Origin: Mobula hypostoma
Lineage: Eukaryota
DNA length: 64,000 nt
Direction of reading: 5' to 3'
Assembly (NCBI RefSeq): GCF_963921235.1
Contig: NC_086097.1
Location: 167,588,001-167,652,000 of the forward strand
The notes below the pieces were generated by a model. That model saw nothing but the letters and a program-made list of their open reading frames with translations, was not told the DNA's origin and did not search any database. The translations under genes and the position numbers were made by a program. Shown in pieces: positions 12,245 to 25,096 of this stretch (the first letter of the stretch is position 1; each line of letters starts with the position of its first letter).

Positions 12245-13201
12245 TCAGCAAGGCATTTGTTAAGGTACCTCATGCAAGGCTTATTCAGAAAGTAAGGAGG
12301 CACGTGATCCAAGGGGACATTGCATTGTGGATCCAGAACTGGCTTGCCCACAGAAGGCAAAGAGTGGTCGCAGATGGGTCATATTCTGCATGGAGGTCGA
12401 TCACCAGTGGTGTGCCTTAGGGATCTGTTCTGGGACCCCTACTCTTCACGATTTTTATAAATGACCTGGATGAGAAAGTGGAGGGATGCATTAGTAAATT
12501 TGCTGATGACGCAAATGTTGGGGGTGTTGTGGATAGTGTGAAGAGCTGTCAGAGTTTACAGCGGGACATTGATAGGATGCAAAACTGGGCTGAGAAGTGG
12601 CAGATGGAGTTCAACCCAGATAAGTGTGAGGTGATTCATTTTGGTAGGTCATATATGATGGCAGGATATAGCACTAATGCCAAGACTCTTGGCAGTGTGG
12701 AGGATCAGAGGAATCTTGGGGTTTGAGTCCATAGGATACTCAAAGCTGCTACACAAGCTGACTGTGTCGTTAAGAAGGTTTACGGTACATTGGCCTTCAT
12801 CAACCGTGAGATTAAGTTTAAGAGCCGAGAGGTAACGTTGCAGCTATATAGGACCATGGTCGAACCCCACTTGGAGTACTGTGCTCAATTCTGGTCACCT
12901 CACTCCAGGAAGGACATGGAAACCATGGAAAGGGTACAGAGGAGATTTACAAGGATGTTGCCCAGATTGGGGAGCATGTCTTATGAGAATAGGTTGAGTG
13001 AACTCGGCCTTTTCTCTTTGGAGCGATGGAGGTTGAAAGGTGCCCTGATAGAGGTGTATAAGATGATGAGAGGCATTGATCGTGTGGATAGTCAGAGACT
13101 TTTACCCAGGGCTGAGATGGCTAGCATGAAAGGGCACAGTTTTAAAGTGCTTGGAGGTAGGTACAGAGGAGATGTCAGGGGTAAAATTTTTACGCAGAGA
13201 G
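12245..13201 (+). mobile_element. Internal CR1 RT fragment, truncated at both ends
   Basis: FSKAFVKVPH, WIQNWLAHRRQRVV, ISKFADD, PHLEYCAQFWSP; in-frame stops are present. Confidence 0.9.
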
Positions 13202-13202
13202 A

Positions 13203-14060
13203 AGGCCACATCCTATCTCCCTCCTGGCACTTATCCTTGTAAGCGGAACAAGTGCTACACTTCCTCCCTCACTACCATTCAGCACCCCAGACAGTCCTTT
13301 CAGGTGAGGCGACACTTCAACCTGTGAGTCGGCTAGGATGATATACTGCGTCCGGTGCTCCCAATGTGGCCTTCTATATATTGGTGAGATCTGACGCAGA
13401 CTGGGAGATCATTTTACTGAACACCTACGCTCTGTCCGCCAGAGAAAGCAGGATCTCCTAGTGGCCACACATTTTAATTCCATGTCCCATTGCCATTCTG
13501 ATATGTCTATCCACGGCCTTCTCTACTGTCAAGATGAAGCCACACTCAGGTTGGAGGAACAACACCTTATATTCCATCAGGGTAGCCTCCAACCTGATGG
13601 CATGAACATTGACTTCTCAAACTTCCGCTAATGCCCCACCTCCCCCTCGTACCCCATCCATTATTTGTTTATATACACACACTCTTTTTCTCCCTCTCCT
13701 TTTTCTCCCTCTGACCCTCTCACTATACCCCTTGCCCAGCCTCTGGTTTCCCCCGCTCCCCCTTTTCTTTCTCCCTGGGCCTCCTGTCCCATGATCCTCT
13801 CATATCCCCTTTGCCAATCACCTGTCCAGCTCTTGGCTCCATCCCTCCCCCTCCTGTCTTCTCCTATCATTTTGGATCTCCCCCTCCCCCTCCCACTTTC
13901 AAATTTCTTACTAGCTCTTCCTTCAGTTAGTCCTGATGAAGGGTCTCAGCCCGAAACATCGCCTGTACTTCTTCCTAGAGATGCTGCCTGGCCTGCTGTG
14001 TTCACCAGCAACTTTTGTGTGTGTTGCTTGAAATTCCAGCATCTGCAGATTTCCTCGTGT
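13203..14060 (+). mobile_element. Penelope-like element 3' part with GIY-YIG endonuclease remnant
   Basis: Translation IYCVRCSQCGLLYIGE...EHLRSVRQ...HFNS...RLEEQHLIF...GMNIDFSNFR ends at TAA 13629-13631 and is followed by a pyrimidine-rich 3' region and a hammerhead motif. Confidence 0.88.
13929..13965 (+). ncRNA. Hammerhead ribozyme motif (diverged copy) in the PLE sense strand
   Basis: AGUC CUGAUGA A GGGU CUCA GCCC GAAAC AUC GCCU: the core is intact, stems I and III carry mismatches. Confidence 0.6.
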
Positions 14061-14901
14061 TCCCCTCCATGGACACTGTCTGCACCTCTCACGACCAATA
14101 TAATCAAAAGCTCACCCATCCTGGACTCCAGAACTTTTCTCTCCCCTCCCATTGGACAGAAGATACTAGAATTTGAAAGCACATGCCACCAGCCTCAAAG
14201 CCAGTTTCTACTCCATTATTGTAGGAGTACTGAATGACCTCTTGTACAAAAAGGTGGACTTTACAATCTACCTCATCATGGCCTTGCACCTTATTGTCCT
14301 CCTGCACTGCATGTTCTCTGTAACTATAACCTTATACCCTATGATAACAGCAACAAGAACAATTCTTTAAAGATAGTCTAATGTGAAACAGCATTAATGC
14401 TGGAATCACAAAATAAAATGACCAGGGCCAAACACACGTTCCAATATCTAGGTACCTAATGTGGATCTGGTGTTTTGACTTGTCCTTCAGTTTTCAGATT
14501 GAAATGCTTGGACTGACAAAGGCATGGTGAAGGAAAGGAGACTTGGGTCAAAACAGCCTCCCAAGGGAGATCTTTTTTTCTTTTTCATTCCATTGTCACT
14601 TTCTGCAATAAAATGACATGGTAGCTTGTAAGATACTTTGTGTATTTAATGATGCAGAATCATTTGGTAACATTTATTTGGTTGTACAACTTAAGCCTGA
14701 GAACTCAGGGTCAATTGTTTCACAAAACTTTTAAATTGGTGAAATCAGTATTTCCAGTGATTACAGTACATTTATTTGCCACTTTCTACCATAAAACATA
14801 TTGTAAACTTCTTCATCACTTTTCTTCTTCAGGATTATGACAGGATTCACTTTCTAAGACCCACTTGCAATCTGAACAATTTGTAATTCACAAATGTACA
14901 G

Positions 14902-15240
14902 AAACACACACAAAATGCTGAATGAACTCAACAGGCCAGGCAGCATCTATGGAAAGGAATAGAATCAATGTTTCGGGCCGAGATCCTTCATCCGGACTGG
15001 AAAGGAAGGGGAAGAAGCCAGAATAAGAAGCTGAGAGGAGGAGAAGGAATACAAACTAGAAGGTAATAGGTAAGGCCAGGTGAGGGGGAAGGTAGGTGAA
15101 GGGGGAGGAATATGAAGTGAGAAACTGGGAGGTGATAGGTGAAAAAGGTAAATGGCTGAAGAAGAATGAATTCAATAGGAGACGAGAGAGTACCATAGGA
15201 GAAAGGGAAGGAGAGAGAGAGGTGAAAGGAGAAGGAAAGT
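14902..15240 (-). mobile_element. Older PLE-derived 3' fragment
   Basis: CACACAAAATGCTG...CAGCATCTATGGA terminus, a degenerate hammerhead at 14963-14998 and a purine-rich tract. Confidence 0.65.
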
Positions 15241-15321
15241 TCGTTTTTTACACAATTTGATTTTCAGACATCATCAAATTGTTAAAGATGACTCTTGATG
15301 TTGGATTTCAAGCAACACACA

Positions 15322-15463
15322 TAAAAATTGCTGGTGAACTCAGCAGGCCAGGCAGCATCTATAAGAAGAGGTACAGTCGACGTTTCAGGTCTCGACCGGA
15401 AACGTCGACTGTACCTCTTCCTATAGGTGCTGCCTGGCCTGCTGCGTTCACCAGCAATTTTTA
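15322..15463. repeat. Inverted repeat (65-bp arms, 12-nt loop) made of two PLE termini
   Basis: 15322-15386 is the reverse complement of 15399-15463 with about 3 mismatches. Confidence 0.9.
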
Positions 15464-15538
15464 AGTGTTCAATGAGAGCTGGTTAGGTGAGATACTTTGT
15501 TGTGAAGCTCATAACACAACTTTCACCCAAATACTATA

Positions 15539-18308
15539 CACTGGGCAACAATGATTTTGCTTCCTGAATACTTTTGGTGTGTCTAATGGATTTGGGGATA
15601 CTGATCATGAAAATTGCCATGATATTTCCCTATCACAGACCATTTTTTTTTTGAAATTGCCTATATTTGTTATTTCAGCTCATAATTCAGGTCAATTAAA
15701 ATGTTGCCCACAATGTAAGCTGAAAAGTTTTCTATGCTACCATTAATAGACCATATTACTCAACTTTCATCTAAATGGTTTCCTTTATATTTAACTTTGA
15801 TTGGTCGTATTAATGCAGTTAAGATTTTTTTTTGCCAAAATTTTTATATGTGTTTCAGGCATTACCAATTTTTGTTCCAAAATCTTTCTTTGATAAAGTT
15901 GACTCTAAAATTTCTTCATTTATTTGGCAGAATAAAAATCCGAGACTGGGTAAAATACATTTACAGAAAGCTAAGAGAGATGGAGGTTTAGCATTACCTA
16001 ACTTTAGATTCTATTATTGGGCAATTAATAAATTAATATTCGACATATGAAATTTTGGTTACTTGACCAGGATATACTATCTATTCCTAAATGGGTAGCA
16101 TTGGAACTACAATCTGTTCAGGGCTATACACTTGGCTCTATTTTAGGTTCCTCTCTCCCTTTTGATTCGAAACGCCTTAAGCAGGTGTCTAACCCGATAG
16201 TTAAATATGCTTTGCGTATTTGGTTTCAATTCAGAAAATTTTTTGATCTTAATCAATTCGGGTTAGCGATTCCTATTTTAGGTAACATATTTTTTCCTCC
16301 CTCTTTTACGGATCGCGCTTTTCAAACTTGGAAGACTAAGGGTATTTTACGGTTTTTGGATTTATTTTTAGATGGTTCCCTTATGTCTTTTGAACAACTA
16401 TCTAACAAATATAATTTATCAAGAATACATTTTTTTAGATATTTGCAAGTTAGAAATTTCCTAAGTACTATACTTTCTTCCTTTCCAATGCTTCCTCCTA
16501 CATATATTTTAGATTCGATAATTAACCTTAATCCATGTCAGAAAGGTGCATCGGCTATGATTTATAATATTATTATGAAACTTAGGAAAGCTCCATTTGA
16601 TAAGATTAGGGTAGATTGGGAACAGGAATTGGGGCTTACCATTTCTGTGGATGATTGGGGGCAGATTTTACAATTAGTTAATACTTCCTCTATTTGCGCT
16701 AAACATTCCCTAATTCAATTTAAAGTTGTTCATAGAGCACATATGTCCAAAGATAAGTTAGCGCGTTTTTACTTGCATATTAATCCTTTTTGTGATAGAT
16801 GTTCGGGGCAGATAGCCTCTTTAACTCATATGTTTTGGTCTTGCCCTACTTTGGAAACTTTTTGGAGAGATATTTTTAATATTATTTCTGAGGTATTAAA
16901 TATAGATATCTCTCCTCACCCTATTACTGCTATCTTTGGACTACCTAAAATTTCTAGTAATCTTTCCCCTTCAGCCCGTAGAATGATTGCATTTCTTACT
17001 TTAATGGCGAAAAGATGTATTTTACAACATTGGAAAGAGCTTAATGCTCCAACTACCTTTTTTTGGTTCTCTCAGACGATATTATGTTTGAATCTGGAGA
17101 AAATTAGAAGTAACCTTTATGATTCTTCATTTAAATTTGAACAGATTTGGGGATCTTTTATTCGATATTTTCATTTAATGTAATATATACCCTTCTTGTT
17201 TTTTTTTCACTGTTTTTAATGGAGGTCGAGATTGAGGACGTGATTTTAAGTTTAACTCTGTTTGGTTTCAAGTTAGCCCATTGCTTTGCTTTGCTTTTAG
17301 TTAGTTGCACGGTGGGTTTTTTTTGGGGGGTTTTTTTTCTTTTTTTCTATCGATATATATATAAAATTAGTATACTATTATGTTACCTTGGTATGTTATG
17401 TTTAAATTACATTGTAGTATTTTTTTTGCATTAATATCTTCTGTAATTTTATTATATTCTAACAGTGTATTAGTGTCTATATGGCTTACCTTTTTGTATA
17501 CTTATTCAATAAAAAGATTTAAAAAGAAAAGAAAAGTTTTCTATCTTGTCCAGGCATGCCTGGGCATGCTTAGGCAGGTGGATGCTGCATGGCAGGACAG
17601 ATTTTAGAGAGGCTATAAATTTCCATGAAGGATTTTGATATTTGAGATAGATGTTTCCAAGAATAACTGATGCCAAGAATAAGGAAGGCATTTTTGTTGG
17701 TCCACAAATCAAACAGGTCATCAATGACAGGCAATTTGAAGAACTTCGTGAGATCAGTGAAAGTCACATGGAAGGCAGTCAAGGATGCTGTTGAAAATTT
17801 TTTTGGCAACTACAGAGCAACGAACTACATGCAGCTGGTTGACAATATGTTTCAACATGCAATGCCATGATGTGCAACATGTCACTAAAGATTCATTTGC
17901 TGCATTCCCATTTAGACTTCTTCATTGCAAATCTTGGTGCTGTCAGTGACGAGCATGGTGAAAGGCTTCACCAGGACATTGCGGTTATGGAAGAATGGAA
18001 TAAGGGCAACTGGAATCAATCAATGTTGGCCGATTGTTGTTGGACACTTAATTAAGAAGTCTCAGACACTGGGTACAAATGGAAATCAGCAACAAAATAT
18101 TTTTAGCTTTGTTGAACTATTGCAAAGGATCAGCACTGTTAGGCAATTAAACACATTACATTCAATAAAAGTTAATTTCTTGTTTCTCAGAAATTCCTAT
18201 GTCATACAAGTAGTCTGAAATTATATTGGTGTTCAGGTTCAAGTGGTCTATCAGAAACAAAAATAATTCTGAGGAAGCAACACTTTCAAAAAACTTTGTT
18301 GTCCAATG
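15539..18308 (+). mobile_element. Internally deleted Chapaev3-like (CMC) DNA transposon, interrupted by an L1-type LINE
   Basis: Terminal inverted repeats (TIRs) CACTGGGCAACAA / TTGTTGTCCAATG, 3-bp TSD ATA, and a transposase C-terminal remnant at about 17600-18055 (EGIFVGPQI, MSLKIHLLHSHLDFF, AVSDEHGERLHQDI, MLADCCWTL). Family name is from motif recall. Confidence 0.75.
15736..17530 (+). mobile_element. 5'-truncated L1/Tx1-clade LINE
   Basis: LTLIGRINAVK, PKFLYVFQALP, GGLALPNFRFYYWA, and a 378-aa ORF (16047-17183) with the zinc knuckle CDRC...HMFWSC. AATAAA and an A-rich tail follow; perfect 14-bp TSD GAAAAGTTTTCTAT (15722-15735 / 17531-17544). Confidence 0.92.
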
Positions 18309-18819
18309 ATATTGGACACTTAAATTTCATCATAGGTCCTTTTTACATCTGGAGACACTGTACTATTTATCCACAGACAACAACTTTCAGCATCCAGCAA
18401 AACCCAGTCAATGTCTTACTTACATTACTAGAATGGCTTGGCCAATATACAGCAAGTCTCTTGATCTCCTTAAAATGCCAAAGTTCTTTTTAAACTTAAG
18501 TGGCATCAGCTGAGTCAGGTAACCTCTGTGATGAAAAACAACTGAGGTTAATCTTTCAGCTTAAACATTTCATCAGACCTGCAAAAATCTGAAGATTAAA
18601 CAAGTTTTAAGACCAGAAGGAAAGGTCTGCAGAAGGAAATGGGATGGGGGTGAGATAGATTCCATGTCAAAAAAGGCAGAGGTAGAATGGCCAACATTTT
18701 CAGTTTTTATTTTAGGTTTCTCGAATTTGGAATGAGTTGCCAGAGAAAGAAGCAGACTGGGTATAATTACAATATTCAAAAGATACTTAGACATGTGGAT
18801 GGGTTGGAAAGGTTTAGAG

Positions 18820-19843
18820 CAGGGGCAGCCAACCGATGGTGCATATGCCAAAAGTGGCGTATTGGATGATTAGAAGTGGCACATTGCACCCCAGTGATAA
18901 TAATAAAAAAGTAAACCTACTTATGCAAAAAGTATTAACCAAAAACCGACCTGTAGAAATAAAATCTGTAACAGGAATTCAAGCAGCTTAGAGCTAGAAA
19001 TGGGTTTTACTGAGAATAAATCTAAAATTTAGCAATTATTTTTAGTGATGTTAGTATCTTGTGCACATCTACTGGCGAATGTTATCTTCTTTTACAAAAA
19101 TCTGTTTTCAATTTTTAAAGATGTTCAATGAGTCAAACTAGGAAAGAAGGACTTTTGTTCTGCAGTCGTTCCATAACTGTTCAATACACGTTTGATACTT
19201 GTTTGAGCCTGAGGCGCCAGGTGTCTACACCAACGGTGCGTCACAGGTTTTTGCCAGTCAGTTTACGATTGACATTCGTGCGCTACCGAGTTGTGCTTTG
19301 TTCGTCATTTGTGAACATTTGCAGTTTTGTACTTTTTCGAAAATTAAGCCTTGTTTTTACATTCAGTTACCCATCACGGTGCAAAAGAAAATGAGCAAAA
19401 GTAAAGCAGAAAGTGATAGTAAGCGTGAATTCAATGAACAGTGGGAAAATGAGTTCTTATTTATAAGAATCCGTCAGGAAAACCGTTGTGCATTGTTTGT
19501 GAAAACACTTTCTCACATAATAGAAGACATGATCTTAATAGACACTATAAAACACAACATCAGACTGAAGTAGAAGTGCTTGGGTTTGAGTTACGGAAAG
19601 AATATGTGATTAAGAAAAAGGAAGAAATCAAAAGAAGACAAAATATATCAGTTAAAAGTCTCATTAAGGTAAATAATGTTTATCTTGTTTTATATTAAAT
19701 CAATATATCATGTAAAAATGCTAAACATGTCTATATTAACATATTTTTACAAGAATTGAATGGGAGTACAAGAGTAGTATGGCGCATCTGAACTCGTGCG
19801 TGAAAAAATTGACGCATGGAATGTAAAAGGTTGGCCACCCCTG
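18820..19843 (+). mobile_element. Non-autonomous hAT (Charlie/Buster-type) DNA transposon
   Basis: TIRs CAGGGGCAGCCAACC / GGTTGGCCACCCCTG, perfect 8-bp TSD GTTTAGAG with a central TA, and a frameshifted transposase N-terminus at 19391-19670 (KREFNEQWENEFLF, CIVC...LNRHYKTQH). Confidence 0.92.
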
Positions 19844-20204
19844 GTTTAGAGGGATATGGGCAAAAGGGACTAACCGAGGTAGACAACTTGGTTGGCATGG
19901 ATCAGATGGGCCAAAGGGTCTATTTCCACACTGTATAACTTTCTTACTCTGTGACACTTGCAGTACTTTTCTTCTGTAACTTCGATATTAAGTAGTGTTT
20001 TGCATTTTGTGCATTTCTTACAAGGTATGCATCTCAAATTCTACAGACATATCAAAGTTTCTTTGTTTACAACCTTAACATAGGAAAACATGGAATAAGA
20101 AATAGGGAGAATTCTTGTGTGATGCCCGGTCCACACATAACACATGCAGTCTTCTTAATACCAGTCCTTAACTTATTAATTCCTTCAAGTGAAAGGAACA
20201 TTTA

Positions 20205-21181
20205 CTATGGAAAGCAAGGGAAAAGATTTCTGGATTTCTGGTGATGATCCTTGCATCCTCATTGGCCACATAAGTAGTTCCAGGAGATTGGAGGATGGCA
20301 AATGTTATTCCTTTGTTCAAGAAAGTTAATAATGATAATCCTGGGAATCATAGATTTACATCAGTGATAAATAAACTATTGGTGAGGATTCTTAGAGATG
20401 GGATTTATGCGCATTTGGAGAAGCATAGTCTGATTAGGGATAGTCAGCATACCTTTGTGAGGGTCAAGTTCTACCTCATGAGCTTAATTGAATTCTTCCA
20501 GGATGTGACAAAACATATTGATGAAGATAAAGCAATGGATGTGGTGAATTAGGATTTTAGTGAGATGTTTGATAAGATTCCCCATTGTAGGCTAATTCAG
20601 AATATCAGCAGGCATAGGATGCAGGTAATCTTGGCTGTGTGGATTCAGAATTGTCTTGCCCAGAGAAGGATGGTTGTAAATGGAGTGTATTCTGCCTGGA
20701 GGTCAGTAACCAATAGTGTTCCACAGAGATCTTTTCTGGGACACCTGCTCTCTTGAGATTTTTATAAACAACTTGGATGAGGAAGTGGAAGAATGAGTTA
20801 GTAAGTTTACACATGACACAAATGTTGGCAATGTTGTGGATAGGGTAGAAGGTTGTCATAGGTTACAGCAGAATATTGATAGGAATAAGAGTTGGGCTGA
20901 AAGTTGCAGATTGCATTCAACCCATAAAATTGTGGTGATACACTTCGGAAGGTCAAACTTGAAGGCAGAGTATAGGGTTAATGGCAGGATTCTTAGCAGT
21001 GTGAAAGAACAGAGGGATTTTTGGGGTCCATATTCTTACAGCCCTCAAAGTTGCCCACAAGTTGATAAAGTTGTTAAGAAGGCATATAGTGTATTGACCT
21101 CTTTTAGTCAGGGAATTGAGTTCAAGATCCACAAGGTAATGTTGTGAGATCTATGAAACTCTGTTTACACTGCACTTTGAG
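20205..21181 (+). mobile_element. Degenerate CR1 RT fragment (resumes at 22015-22125)
   Basis: ANVIPLFKK, DSQHTFV, FDKIPH, VPQRSFLG; many stops. Confidence 0.85.
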
Positions 21182-22014
21182 AAGAGCAACCGAAGCTTGA
21201 ACGTGGAGAAGACAAAGGGAATCACTGAGGACTTCAGGAAGGTTGAAATGAACCCCTCCCCCCCATGAATACATGGCTCCTTGATAAAGAGAGTTAGGTG
21301 CACCAAGTTCCTGGAAATTCACATCACAGATGACTTCACCTAGTTCCTTAATATCACCTCTCTGTACAAGAAGGCACAGCAGCGCCTTCAATTCCTGAGA
21401 AGATTGAGGCAAGCAAGGCTCCCACCCCCAAGCTTAATTGTATTTTACAGGAGCACCACTGAGAGCATCCTGACAAGTTGTATCTCCATCTAGTACGGGT
21501 TCAGTCAAGCATTGGACCAGATCTCCCCACAAAGGATTGTGAGAACAGCTGAGAGGATCATAGGGGTCTCCCTACCATCCATCGGGGACATTTAGCAGGA
21601 GTGCTGCATGAACAGAGCCCTTAGTATTATTAAGGATCCCACCCAACCGTCCAGCATCCTCTTCGACTTTCTACCATTAGGCAGGAGACTACGATGCATA
21701 AAAACAAGAACAGTCAGGAGGAGAAACAGCTTCTTCCCCCAGGCCATTAGACTTCTGAACTCCCTGCCGCATAGTATTCAAAGCGTCACTGGTTATCTGT
21801 GCCATACCTTCCAATATTTAAAATTCATGCACTTTAGTTTGTGATTTATGTGTGATTCATCTGTAGATTTTATCTGTACCTCCACAAGTTATCATGTGTT
21901 ATGGGTTATACTTTACACCCTGGTTCAAAGAAACGTAGTCTTGTTTCTATATATGGTTATACACATTACATACATGTAGATAGTTAAAAGACGATAAACT
22001 TGACTAGACTTGAC
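21182..22014 (+). mobile_element. Rex1/Babar-type LINE 3' end nested in CR1
   Basis: KAQQRLQFLRRL, RALSIIKDPTQPS...NSFFPQAIRLLN and a (GACTT/GACTA)n tail. Confidence 0.8.
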
Positions 22015-22587
22015 TATTGTGTTCAATTCCAGTCGTCTCACTATAAGAAGGACGTGGAAGAGTGTAGAGGAAATTGACCAGGATGTTGCCTGAACGAGAG
22101 AGTGTGTCTTATGAGGAAAGGTTGATCTTAACTTAGCATATGGCTTTCAGACAATCCCTATCAGTCCAATTCCCCCACTAACTTCCCATTGTTTCTCATG
22201 CACCTATCAACTCCAAGCAAATGCACCTGTCATCTGTCTGCATGAAGAGTAAAGTACATTGGCCAACTAACCAACCAACTTTTGGTGTGTGGAAATAACG
22301 TGGCTTAACCAGGAGAAACCTACATAGTGACAAGGAAAACCTGCAAACTCCACATGGACAGTGTCCAAGGTCAGGAGTGAACCGGCTACACCACCTCACA
22401 GCTTTTTTCCCCTTGGTCCTAGTTTCCCTGCTTATTTCCCCACACCCCTGTAACACTGTGTCTCTCTTTCTCAATGTTTCAAGTAAATTTATTGTCAAAA
22501 TACTTATATATTCTCATATGCTACCTTGGGATTCATATTTTTGCATAACTTACAGGGAAAAACATACAATAGATTTTTATGAAAACC

Positions 22588-23372
22588 TACATTTTGGTAG
22601 GACTAATCAAAATAGGACATACATGGTAAATGGTAGGGCATTGAGGAATGCAGTAAAACAGAGTGATCTGGGAATAATGGTGCATAGTTCCCTGTAGGTG
22701 GAATCTCATGTGGATAGGGTGGTGAAGAAAGCTTTTGGTATGCTGGCCTTTATAAATCAGAGCATTGAGTATAGGAGTTGGGATGTAATGTTAAAATTGT
22801 ACAAGGCATTGGTGAGGCCAAATTTGGAGTATTGTGTACAGTTCTGGTCACTGAATTATAGGAAAGATGTCAACAAAATAGAATGAGTACAGAGGAGATT
22901 TACTAGAATGTTACCTGGGTTTCAGCACCTAAGTTGCAGAGAAATGTTGAACAAATTAGGTCTTTATTCTTTGGAGCGTAGAAGGTTGAGAGGGGAACTG
23001 GATAGAGGTATTTAAAATTATGAGGGGGATAGATAGAGTTAACATGGATAGGCTTTTTCCATTGAGAGTAGGGGAGATTCAAACAAGAGGACATGAGTTG
23101 AGAGTTAAGGGGCAAAAGTTTAGGGGTAACACGTGGGGGAACTTCTTTACTCAGAGAGTGGTAGTTGTGTGGAACGAGCTTCCGGTAGGAGTGGTAGAGG
23201 CAGGTTCGATGTTGTCATTCAAAAAAAAATTGGACAGGTATATGGACAGGAAAGGAATGGAGGGTTATGGGCTGAGTGCAGGTCAGTGGGACTAGATGAG
23301 ATTAAGAGTTCAGCACGGACTAGAAGGGCCGAGATGGCCTGTTTCCGTGCTGTAACTGTTATATGGTTATAC
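22588..23372 (+). mobile_element. CR1 LINE 3' end
   Basis: LHFGRTN, LVRPNLEYCVQFWS, TRGHELRV...FFTQRVV..WNELP; tail GTTATATGGTTATA. Confidence 0.9.
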
Positions 23373-24734
23373 ATAAACAAAGACCGACAAATAACTAATG
23401 CGTGAAAGCAGAGTAACACTGTAAATAAAAATAACACTGAGAACATGAGCTGTAAAGAGTTCTTGAAAGTGAATCTGTAGGACATAGAAACAACTCAGAG
23501 TAGTGGTGATTAAAGTTAACCATGCCTGTTGGTTGTAGGGTAATAACTGTTCCTGAGCCTGATGTTGTGGGTCCTAAGGCTTTTGATAGCAGTGAGAAGA
23601 GGGCATGGCCTGGATGGTGATGGTCTTTAATGATGGATGCATGGATGCTGCTTTCCTGTGGCAGTGTTCCATTGAAACGTACTCAATGGCGAAAAGGGCT
23701 TTACCCACTGACTGCTTTATTTTACAACTAACCCATTCTAGTGAGGAAACCAGCACACACAGGGGAAACCCACACAGTCACAGTGAGAGCCTACAAGCCC
23801 CATCGATACAACACCAGAGTCCGTTATCAAACCAAAATTTCTCTCTAGCACCTGCTCCACCATGCCACTGTTGTGGAGGCTTTGCAACTTTTTAGATATT
23901 TATAGCAGATCTGCTTTTAGCTGTCAGTAACAAAGGAGGCTTCAAAATCAAGACTGACAGTATGCACACCTCAGGGGATTTCCATTCTGCTGGTGACTTC
24001 CTCAATGTGACACCATAAAAAAGTCTGTAGAACAATTTGCATTAAGTTTAAATACAAAATGCTGCTTTTGTGCAGAAATATTGTTGACTTCAGATTTAGC
24101 TGGGATGAGTTCAGTTTAAGAATAGAATCAGAATTATTAGCATTGACTTATATGATGTGAAATTTGTTGATTTGTGGCAACAGTTCAGTACAAAGACATT
24201 AAATTACTGTAAATTACAAAATAAGTAAATAATAAATTAAAAACCGTTAAATAATGAATTAATAGTTCAATAAAAAGGAAAAACAAAGTAGTGTTTATGG
24301 ATGACATCTAATGGCAGGGGAAAAGAAGCTGGTTCTAAATGATTGAGTGTTGATCCTAATGTGTGAGGAAATTAGAGCATCCTGAGGAAAGCATTGTGGT
24401 GACAAAGAGATAAGGTGTAAACTCCACACAGTAAGCACTGGAGGTCAGGATTGACCTTGAGTCACTGGAGCTATGAGGCAGTAGTTCCACCAGTTGTACC
24501 ACTGTGCTGCAAGAGAAAATGGAAGGAAAACCCTTAACAACTTGAGCTGCCGTGTTGCCATCTTACGCACAAAGTGCATAGATTTAAAGTAAAGGGTAGG
24601 AGGTTGAGAGGAGATCAGAGGAAAAACTTTTTATCCCCCTAAAGCATGTTTGGAATCTGGAACACACTCCCTGACCGAGTGGTGGAGAAAGATACTCTCA
24701 CAATATTTAGGAAGAACTTTAAATTCCTCTGTGT

Positions 24735-25096
24735 TGATGCTGTCCAAGTTGCATGCTATCTTGGACAACGTCTCCCATCCACTACATAATGTACTGGTTG
24801 GGCACAGGAGTACATTCAGCCAGTGACTCATTCCACCGAGATGCAACACTGAGCGTCATAGGAAATCATTCTTGCCTGTGGCCATCAAACTTTACAACTC
24901 CTCCCTTGGAGGGTCAGACACCCTGAGCCAATAGGCTGGTCCTGGACCTATTTCCTGGCATAATTTACATATTATTATTTAACTAATTATGGTTTTTATA
25001 TTGCTATATATCTATACTCTGTTCTTGGTTGGTGCAACTGTAACGAAACCCAATTTCCCTCGGGATCAATAAAGTATGACTATGACTATGACTATG
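24735..25096 (+). mobile_element. Short 3' copy of the Rex1-type family at 1-842
   Basis: Near-identical to about 495-842, including the (TATGAC)n tail. Confidence 0.88.

Noticed and set aside
13665..14237. 190-aa Pro/Ser/Leu-rich ORF (and similar ORFs at 11560-12033 and 54550-55206)
   Set aside because: Stop-poor purine/pyrimidine tracts or antisense frames of PLE sequence, not host genes.
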